Shown: positions 57,168-64,000 of the stretch, one piece after another
How positions within the stretch are numbered: the stretch's first letter is position 1
Layout: each line of letters opens with the position of its first letter
NCBI GenBank assembly: GCA_012522755.1
Contig: JAAYJV010000113.1
Span: forward strand, 14,517 to 78,516
DNA from: Candidatus Hydrogenedens sp.
GTDB taxonomy: Bacteria > Hydrogenedentota > Hydrogenedentia > Hydrogenedentales > CAITNO01
Length of the DNA stretch: 64,000 bases
Reading direction: 5' to 3'
Program-made: the position numbers and the translations under genes
The notes under the pieces: generated by a model
What the model saw: the letters and a program-made list of their open reading frames with translations, nothing else
Databases searched by the model: none
What the model was told of the DNA's origin: nothing

Positions 57168-59378
57168 ATGCAGATAAACGCAGATCAGGGTGTACAAAAG
57201 CAGCAGTCTTCCCCAGACACTCGGGGGCAGAAGCCCTGCTACACGGGAATTGACACTTTCCTGGCATCTTTCTCGGTGTTTTTTTTCTTCTTTGTCTCTC
57301 AGCCCATCATTCTTTTTCTCAACAATCTGCAGGAATTTCATACTGCATCACGACTTATGATGGCTTTTTTGGCTCTCGTCGCTGTGGTGGCTGGATTTGT
57401 TCTCTTCGTCATCCTCAGTCTATGCGGGCGTAGACTGAGGATGCTCCTGCTTCCCTTGCTGGCTTTTCTTCTCCTTGGCGGTTGGGCTCAAAGCCAGCTG
57501 CTCAACTGGTATTATGGCGCTTTTGACGGCTCGCCTCTGGATATTGCATTGAAAGACTGGCGCACGGCTGATCTTCTTGTATGGCTTGTTCTTGCCGGTC
57601 TGTGTGTTCTTACAGGTATAAAAAAGCCGGGGATATTTCGAAGTATTTTCGGTCTTCTGATTTTTTTAAGTCTGAGCAATCTTGCAATCGCACTGACCCA
57701 GTCTCGGGATATGATCCCTGAGGAAGTGGTGGAAGAGGATACTTCTGTCAGTTGGTTGAATGCTTTCAGTTTTTCCAAAGAGACCAATACAGTAATTCTT
57801 CTGCTCGATGCCTTTCAAAGTGATTATTTCAATGAATATCTGGAAAAGAATCCGGATTACGGTCTGAAACTGCCCGGTTTCACCTATTACCCCGATACCC
57901 TCGCCACGGACTACTACACCCACCGCAGCTTGCCGGTGATCATGACAGGCCAGCACTTCAAGTTCAAAGATTCCTATCAGACCTATCTGAAAAAGGCATA
58001 TGAGAACCACTCCCTTCCGGTAAAATTCCGGGAAGCGGGCTATTCTGTCGGAATTTACAATTATTTCACTTTGGCACACAGCATGTACCGGCCTGTTCTG
58101 TTTGAGTCCATTGCTGATAATTACACAACGGAAGCCGAGGAATTCACCCCTTACTATGGCAAAGAGATATGTCAACTCCTTTATACAACCTTGTTTCAGT
58201 CCGTGCCTCATATCTTGAAAAAGAGTGTTTATACACGAAAAATTCTTGACAGCTCCGATGATCTGGATCGCGATGTCTTTCGGAAAACGCTCAAGGACCA
58301 GCGGCGTCTTGCTTTTTCAGATCCCCGTTTCACTTTTTACCATTTGCAGGGGCTCCATGATCCTCTGATCCTGGATGGCAAGCGTGTATTGGACCACCGT
58401 GAAAATGTGAGTCAGATTACCGAAATACTGGCTGATCTCATAGGAGATTTTATTGATTCACTGCAGAAACTGGGTATTTATGACAAAAGCACTATAATGA
58501 TTCTCGGTGATCACGGGTTGCAATGGAAAGGCGGCGACATGCGCTTCGGCGCTTTTGATTCAGAAAAGGCTGTTACCGATCCGCCTCTGGATCTTTTTGC
58601 GAAAAAAGTGCGTGCCTTGCCTCTCCTTCTTTTCAAAGCCCCGGGAAGCAGAGAAAAGTTTCAACTGTCCCAACGGCGCGTATCCCTCCTGGACGTTGTT
58701 CCAACTCTTCTGGACAGCGCAGGGCTCCTCACGGCGGAAGAATATGCCGGTGAATCGCTTCTTCAACCGGAGAATGCGCAACGCGTCCGTTATTTTTTCA
58801 GCTCTGAGTACAAAAACAGAGGGAGCGCTCCTCTTTATGAATACGCCATTTCCGGATTTTCCTGGAACGATGCCTCCTGGAATTTTACAGGAAACTGTTA
58901 TTCCTCCAGGGGCGTTTTCCGCACTATGACAGACAATGCCATCCCCGGCAGGCATTATTATCTGGGGGAAGGCGGGGAAGGTCTTCAGTTCCTCGATTCA
59001 AAGTGGACAGCAACAGAAAAAGGACATAATCTGCCAGCTTCCGGTGCGCTGATAACCCTGCCTCTGGCTAAACACGATGAATACTACAGACTCACACTCT
59101 ATTTTTCTGCTGGTAAGGGCTCTCAAAAGATCCACATCAAGACACGAGAACATAATCTGGGACAACATGGCATCGAAGGCGAGACAGCCCTTGTGTTGGA
59201 TATTTCGCCGGAGATGATTCATAAAACCCGGGAAAATATTCCCGCCGCAAAACCTCCGGCAAAGGCCCATCTCGCACCCATACCTCAACCCTCCGCTTAT
59301 GAACTTCTTCTGGACATAAAGAAGGGAGGAAAAGCCGAACTCGCTCTCAGAGGTTTTCTTCTGGAAGAACGATCATAG
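57168..59378 (+). CDS. Membrane-anchored sulfatase-family (alkaline phosphatase superfamily) protein, LTA-synthase / phosphoethanolamine-transferase-like
   Basis: Five or more N-terminal TM helices, then a sulfatase-like domain (…VILLLDAFQSDYF…, …IMILGDHG…). Confidence 0.6.
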   Translation: MQINADQGVQKQQSSPDTRGQKPCYTGIDTFLASFSVFFFFFVSQPIILFLNNLQEFHTASRLMMAFLALVAVVAGFVLFVILSLCGRRLRMLLLPLLAFLLLGGWAQSQLLNWYYGAFDGSPLDIALKDWRTADLLVWLVLAGLCVLTGIKKPGIFRSIFGLLIFLSLSNLAIALTQSRDMIPEEVVEEDTSVSWLNAFSFSKETNTVILLLDAFQSDYFNEYLEKNPDYGLKLPGFTYYPDTLATDYYTHRSLPVIMTGQHFKFKDSYQTYLKKAYENHSLPVKFREAGYSVGIYNYFTLAHSMYRPVLFESIADNYTTEAEEFTPYYGKEICQLLYTTLFQSVPHILKKSVYTRKILDSSDDLDRDVFRKTLKDQRRLAFSDPRFTFYHLQGLHDPLILDGKRVLDHRENVSQITEILADLIGDFIDSLQKLGIYDKSTIMILGDHGLQWKGGDMRFGAFDSEKAVTDPPLDLFAKKVRALPLLLFKAPGSREKFQLSQRRVSLLDVVPTLLDSAGLLTAEEYAGESLLQPENAQRVRYFFSSEYKNRGSAPLYEYAISGFSWNDASWNFTGNCYSSRGVFRTMTDNAIPGRHYYLGEGGEGLQFLDSKWTATEKGHNLPASGALITLPLAKHDEYYRLTLYFSAGKGSQKIHIKTREHNLGQHGIEGETALVLDISPEMIHKTRENIPAAKPPAKAHLAPIPQPSAYELLLDIKKGGKAELALRGFLLEERS

Positions 59379-59384
59379 ATCCCA

Positions 59385-60668
59385 TCAGTTCCCGCCACCG
59401 CCTCTGCGTTTCCGCGCAAGAAGAATCAGCTCCGCGCCCAGAATATACTGGCTTTCCACAATATCAAAGCCATTCTGGCCCAGGAGGCGGCGCAGCTCAT
59501 CAGCATTGTAGGCCTGTCCCTGTCTTCCGTCGGGATGAACCAGGCCGTAGAGCCAGCCGAGAAAACGCCATCTCCAGCGGCTCGAGTCGGGCGTGCCTAC
59601 AATCAACTCTCCGCCGGGCCGCAGACAACGGGCCAATTCGCGGATGACTTCCACGGGATTGTCCACATGCATCAGCACCTGGGATAGAACAATGACTTCA
59701 AAGCGGTGATCTGCAAAGGGGAGAGAGGCTGCATCCGCATTGACGAGAATTCTAGCTGTCCGTCGCATGAACCGCAGCTTGTTGTGCCGCGAATCCACAC
59801 CTGTCATCTGGGGCATGCAGTTCAGCATCTGGCTGGAACCACAACCCACATCAAGCACATGCATGCGATCACCGATGAGATCTCGCAAAATCTTGTATCG
59901 CTTGCGCTGCCACCACCGTTGCAGAGGGATGATGCTGTAAAAAGCCCGTGTTTCATAATCCGCGCTGGCGGAAGAGTTTCTGCGTTTCCACAGGGCTCCC
60001 AAAGCTTTCAGGTAGACTACGCCGAATTGAAATACCCGGGCATGACTGGCGCCGTGAAGTCTCGGCAGATAATGGAAGGGTTCTTCCAGAACCCGAAAGC
60101 CTTCACAATAGGCCTGCACCAGAATCTCCTGTAAAACAGCATAGGTTTCATAAGTCAGCTCGAGCCGTGCAATGGCATTGCGATGATAAAGCCGGAAACC
60201 ACTGGAGAGATCACCCACCTTCATACCCAGCACCCAGGCGAAAACACGGTTGAGAGAGCCGCTGAGGATACGTCTGCTCAGAGGCATATCGCCATAACCC
60301 TGATACACATGGCGGGAGGCAATGACGATTTCAGCATCATGGCGACGGACGAAAAGGTATTTGATCAGGACGGGATGATGGGAAAAATCCGCATCCATCG
60401 TCAGAAGCCACCGTGCCTGGATATCTTCGAAAGCAGTGCGTATGGCTCCACCATAGCCCCGACCCCGCTGAGAAATAACGGTGGCTCCGAAATCTGTCGC
60501 CGTCCGGACCGTATCATCACTGCTTCCGCCATCAATCACAAAAATATGGCTGTTTGTCGCCAGATCATCCAGAACTGACCGGATGCGCGGCAGCAGCAAT
60601 CTCAGGTTGTCGCCTTCATTGAGACAGGGAAGGACAACAGCCAGTTCCAGAGAGGGTGAGTTACTCAT
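59385..60668 (-). CDS. Bifunctional glycosyltransferase family 2 / class I SAM-dependent methyltransferase
   Basis: N-terminal Dpm1-like GT2 (LAVVLPCLNEG…VIDGGSSDDT…MDADFSHHP). The C-terminus is a methyltransferase (HVLDVGCGSS…LRPGGELIV). The start is taken at MSNSPSLE. Confidence 0.75.
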   Translation of the reverse strand: MSNSPSLELAVVLPCLNEGDNLRLLLPRIRSVLDDLATNSHIFVIDGGSSDDTVRTATDFGATVISQRGRGYGGAIRTAFEDIQARWLLTMDADFSHHPVLIKYLFVRRHDAEIVIASRHVYQGYGDMPLSRRILSGSLNRVFAWVLGMKVGDLSSGFRLYHRNAIARLELTYETYAVLQEILVQAYCEGFRVLEEPFHYLPRLHGASHARVFQFGVVYLKALGALWKRRNSSASADYETRAFYSIIPLQRWWQRKRYKILRDLIGDRMHVLDVGCGSSQMLNCMPQMTGVDSRHNKLRFMRRTARILVNADAASLPFADHRFEVIVLSQVLMHVDNPVEVIRELARCLRPGGELIVGTPDSSRWRWRFLGWLYGLVHPDGRQGQAYNADELRRLLGQNGFDIVESQYILGAELILLARKRRGGGGN

Positions 60669-60776
60669 ATACTTTCTTTTCGCTTGGGATTCCGGCAATG
60701 AGAGAGATGAAAAACAGCAGTTATGCACCCCGCAACAGACAGGGGTGCATAACAGAAGCTGTTTAGCCAAAAGTGA

Positions 60777-62234
60777 TCAGAGCTCTGTAATCCCGGGAAT
60801 CTCGAAACCGGGCCGGTTCACATCTTTCAGCAGAGCCGTGGCTTCAGCACTGAAGTCACCCTGATGACTTTCTGTTTCCGGATCAAAGCTCAGCCAGGGA
60901 CCCACGGTATATTCGTTACCGTCTTCAGGGATGCCCACCCCTTTGCTCATAATTTCATGGAGACGGGAGAAATGTTCAAAGGCATCGGCATTATCACCAA
61001 ATTTTCCGGCCTGGAGATTGAAAGGCACCTTCTGACCGAGACGGTAGGAATTGTTGATGAGATGGCCCAGCACGCAGCCATAGTGAGCTTCCAGAGCATT
61101 GCCATTGGCCAGCGAAGGATCCCCGGCACGGCAGGCCGCCACAAAGCTGCCCCAATGACCACCGGGGGTTACCCGGCCTTCGCCAACGTCCAGGGCTTCC
61201 CCTTTGTCACTGCCTTTGGGATAGTACTTGTCACGAATGATTTTGCCGCCATCTTCAAAGTAATATTCGTTTTCCACCTGATTTTCATAGCCGTCATAAT
61301 TGACATTGCGCACATTGAAAAAGACATACTGACCATTGGGATATTCAGCCATGCTGAACATGGTGTTGGGCGTTTCTCCCTGATCGTGCCATTGGAATCG
61401 TCCGCCCAGAGCCATTGTCCGGATGGGATGGGTCTGATCGGGATCAATGGCCCAGCGGGCAATATCCAGCTGGTGCGTGCCTTGGTTGTTCAGGTCACCA
61501 TTGCCTGTATTCCAGAACCAATGCCAGTTATAGTGCACATAATTGCGATGATAGTCATCAACAACGGCGGGGCCGCGCCACAGATCCCAGTCCAGATGAT
61601 CCGGAGGAGTGGCGGGATCAGCGAACTTGATGCTTCCACGGGGTTTGCAGCAATAGCCATAGGCAATTTTCAAACGACCGAATTTGCCGGCATGAATCGC
61701 TTCATGAAGACCCGCTGTCCGGGCATTGCTGCGGCCCTGGGTACCATGCTGAACAACAACACCATATTTTTTCTGGGCTTCCACAACCACACGGCCTTCC
61801 CCAATATCATGGCTCATGGGTTTTTCCACATAGACATGTTTGCCCGCCTGAGCTCCCCAGATGGTCATGAGAGAGTGCCAATGATTGGGGGCTGCAATGG
61901 AGATGGCATCCAGATCAGGATCAGCCAGAGCATCACGGATATCGGCAACACCTTTGGCGACAAAGTCTTTGCCCAGTTTCTTTTCCAGAGACTTCATGGA
62001 TCGGGCGAGGACACGGGAATCAGGATCAACCAGATAGGCGATTTCCGTATCAGGCTGTTCAAGCCAGCCGGCGATATGGGCCTGACCGCGGCTGTTCAAA
62101 CCGACCACAGCTACACGCAGGCGGTTGTTCGCGCCCACAGCCCGGGCCGAGGCTTTGCCGGGACGCAAAAGAAGGGAGGTGCCGCCCAGAAGGGTGGCGG
62201 ATTGAATAAAGTGACGGCGGGTAATCTTGGACAT
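60777..62234 (-). CDS. Gfo/Idh/MocA family oxidoreductase (Tat-exported)
   Basis: TRRHFIQSATLLGG is a Tat leader, with VAVVGLNSRGQAH and EKPMS motifs. An AGGAGA RBS lies upstream of the ATG at 62232-62234. Confidence 0.85.
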   Translation of the reverse strand: MSKITRRHFIQSATLLGGTSLLLRPGKASARAVGANNRLRVAVVGLNSRGQAHIAGWLEQPDTEIAYLVDPDSRVLARSMKSLEKKLGKDFVAKGVADIRDALADPDLDAISIAAPNHWHSLMTIWGAQAGKHVYVEKPMSHDIGEGRVVVEAQKKYGVVVQHGTQGRSNARTAGLHEAIHAGKFGRLKIAYGYCCKPRGSIKFADPATPPDHLDWDLWRGPAVVDDYHRNYVHYNWHWFWNTGNGDLNNQGTHQLDIARWAIDPDQTHPIRTMALGGRFQWHDQGETPNTMFSMAEYPNGQYVFFNVRNVNYDGYENQVENEYYFEDGGKIIRDKYYPKGSDKGEALDVGEGRVTPGGHWGSFVAACRAGDPSLANGNALEAHYGCVLGHLINNSYRLGQKVPFNLQAGKFGDNADAFEHFSRLHEIMSKGVGIPEDGNEYTVGPWLSFDPETESHQGDFSAEATALLKDVNRPGFEIPGITEL

Positions 62235-62490
62235 ATGAGTTTCTCCTCGGTTGGTATTTCTTGAATTATAGTACCCTGCTCTGGGCGAATCAAACAAAAG
62301 AGCAGTACTCCATAATATTAGACAGGCTCTGAGGGTATTTGAGTTTCATTTATTTTGTTTTCGGGCGCCTGAAAGTACTTTGCTTCAAAAGAATTTACTT
62401 TTTTGAGAATAAAAAGCGTGAGCAGGCTGTTCAATTGATCAGTATGCTGAACAAAAGATTTTGTTGTCAACCAAGGAGAAAGATTACAAA

Positions 62491-62781
62491 ATGAAAAGCA
62501 ACACCCCTTTGATGAATGTCGTGGCCCTGATGGCCGTTGTGATGATGGTAGCCGCATTTGCCTTTACAGCATCTGCTCAGGATGGAAGCTGTCCCAAAGA
62601 AGGGGCGTGCAGTAATGAGCTGAGCGTAAAAAGCGCGGACTGCCCTGTAGCTGCTGGTGCTGCTCCGGCCTGTCCGGTGAAAAGTGCCTGCGCCACAGAC
62701 AAATGCAGCGACAAGAAGTGTCCTGAAGACAAAGAGAAATCGGACTGCTCTTCTTCCTGCAGTGATTCCGACAAAGAATAA
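62491..62781 (+). CDS. Small secreted cysteine-rich, Lys/Asp/Ser-rich protein
   Basis: Signal peptide (…MMVAAFAFTASA|QDG), then about 67 aa with 9 Cys at spacings of 3-11. AAGGAGA RBS 10 nt upstream. Confidence 0.5.
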   Translation: MKSNTPLMNVVALMAVVMMVAAFAFTASAQDGSCPKEGACSNELSVKSADCPVAAGAAPACPVKSACATDKCSDKKCPEDKEKSDCSSSCSDSDKE

Positions 62782-62861
62782 AGATTTTTGTCTCATGACT
62801 GCATAAGTCACTTTGATCAGCGGCTTATGCACCTGTATCACTCTTCCTGAATCGTATTTAA

Positions 62862-62902
62862 GGGCGGGCCCTCATGGGCTTCGCCCTTATCTTTTTATTT
62901 TC
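62862..62902 (+). terminator. Rho-independent terminator after the small Cys-rich gene
   Basis: The stem AAGGGCGGGCCC…GGGCTTCGCCCTT is followed by ATCTTTTTATTTT. Confidence 0.55.
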
Positions 62903-63052
62903 AAAATCTTTTTCGAAGACTGTTTCAGAGCGGAGCAGTCTGTTTCACAATGAATCAGAAAAGGAAGGGTAAGCAGCCTCATATGTGTAAATTTCCCGGC
63001 ATGGCCCTTGCTCTATTATAATCAGGCATAGACATGTGAAAGGAAAACAATC

Positions 63053-64000
63053 ATGCGCATGGACAAACTGACTATCAAATCTCAAGAAGCCTTGGCTGCT
63101 GCTTACGAGCTTGCTTCTTCCAAAGGCCACCCGGAAATTACACCCCTTCATTTTCTCTTTACACTCACAGACCAGAAGCAGGGTGCCGTAAGCTCCATTT
63201 TACAGCGCGTCGGCGTTGCTCCGGCACAATTGCTGCAGTCTGTTGAGCAGGCCCTTTCTTCCCGGCCTAAAATCACAGGCGGATCACAGCATCTGGACTG
63301 GTCCCGCGAGGCCCGCACTGTTCTTGATGCAGCCTGGAAAGAGGCGCAACATCTGAAAGATGAATACCTGAGTACGGAACATATCCTTCTGGGTATTCTT
63401 GAGAAAGGGGGAGATGCGCGCGAGCTTCTTAAACGTTCAGGCTTCACAAAGGATGCCGCTCTTCAGGCATTGAAAGAAGTGCGGGGTACCCAACGGGTAA
63501 CCGATCCCAATGCGGAAGACACCTATGAGGCTCTGCAGAAATACAGCCGTGATCTGACTCAGCTGGCCCGTGCCGGAAAACTGGATCCGGTCATCGGCCG
63601 TGATGAAGAAATACGCAGGGTCATTCAGGTCTTGTCACGGCGCACAAAGAATAATCCTGTCCTCATTGGCGAACCGGGAACCGGTAAAACGGCCATTGTG
63701 GAGGGGCTCGCCCAGCGCATCGTTACAGGCGACGTTCCCGAAGGGCTCAAGAATAAACGGGTGGCCTCACTGGATATCGCCTCGCTCATTGCGGGAGCGA
63801 AGTTCCGCGGTGAATTTGAAGAACGGCTCAAGGCTGTTCTTGCCGCTGTGCAGGAAGCGGAAGGACAGGTCATCTTGTTTATTGACGAGATGCACACCAT
63901 TGTCGGTGCAGGCGCTTCGGAAGGCTCCATGGATGCCTCCAATATGCTGAAGCCGGCTCTTGCCCGGGGCGAACTGCACTGCATCGGCGCCACGACTCTG
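63053..64000 (+). CDS. clpB: ATP-dependent chaperone ClpB (5' partial, continues beyond the window)
   Basis: Clp N-domain repeats, then NBD1 ([18 protein letters not shown]). AAAGGAAAA RBS. Confidence 0.9.
   Translation, partial: MRMDKLTIKSQEALAAAYELASSKGHPEITPLHFLFTLTDQKQGAVSSILQRVGVAPAQLLQSVEQALSSRPKITGGSQHLDWSREARTVLDAAWKEAQHLKDEYLSTEHILLGILEKGGDARELLKRSGFTKDAALQALKEVRGTQRVTDPNAEDTYEALQKYSRDLTQLARAGKLDPVIGRDEEIRRVIQVLSRRTKNNPVLIGEPGTGKTAIVEGLAQRIVTGDVPEGLKNKRVASLDIASLIAGAKFRGEFEERLKAVLAAVQEAEGQVILFIDEMHTIVGAGASEGSMDASNMLKPALARGELHCIGATTL

Noticed and set aside
60864-62264. 466-aa plus-strand ORF antisense to the Gfo/Idh/MocA gene
   Set aside because: The minus-strand product has a Tat signal, a Rossmann motif, EKPMS and an RBS. 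The antisense ORF is a compositional artefact.
1-64000. Mobile elements (IS elements, prophage, integron) and tRNA, rRNA or tmRNA genes
   Set aside because: No transposase, integrase or phage-structural ORFs were found. No canonical T-loop (GGTTCRANTCC) cloverleaf candidates were seen in the intergenic regions inspected by eye. A tRNAscan/Infernal run would be needed to exclude them definitively.

Overview
This 64-kb window is a gene-dense chromosomal segment with about 52% GC and no transposases, integrases, rRNA, CRISPR or recognisable tRNA. The gene content suggests an anaerobic PVC-superphylum-like bacterium (Verrucomicrobia, Lentisphaerae or Kiritimatiellae type): a DUF1559 prepilin-like protein, Tat-exported Gfo/Idh/MocA oxidoreductases, and a large secreted glycoside-hydrolase-like protein.

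Housekeeping genes include rpmB, rlmD, ogt-alkA, an Opp-type ABC transporter, metK with a PfkB kinase, purO-purB, a DAHP synthase, the sufBCDSU operon, glyQS and the 5' end of clpB. The [FeFe]-hydrogenase maturation machinery is split between two loci: hydG with a TM1266-type regulator and an extra radical SAM gene at 20.2-22.8 kb, and hydF-hydE at 34.4-36.8 kb. No hydA is visible in the window. There are also two MoxR-type AAA ATPases (one paired with a CoxE-like VWA protein), a translationally coupled Ser/Thr kinase and LysM-TPR-L,D-transpeptidase pair, a nucleotide-sugar gene cluster, and a GT2-methyltransferase fusion next to a sulfatase-family membrane protein.

The least explained signal is a mosaic family of non-coding repeat elements at four intergenic loci (about 3.07-3.77, 7.11-7.75, 31.9-32.7 and 54.5-55.4 kb). 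They are built from a hairpin core GCCAAT-N6-ATTGGC inside roughly 30-bp inverted repeats that flank about 150-170 bp (MITE-like), a conserved 100-nt module, and a 9-mer variable-number tandem repeat (GATCCGNCN)n. They occur in both orientations and once as a tandem duplication. I could not assign them to any known RNA or mobile-element class.
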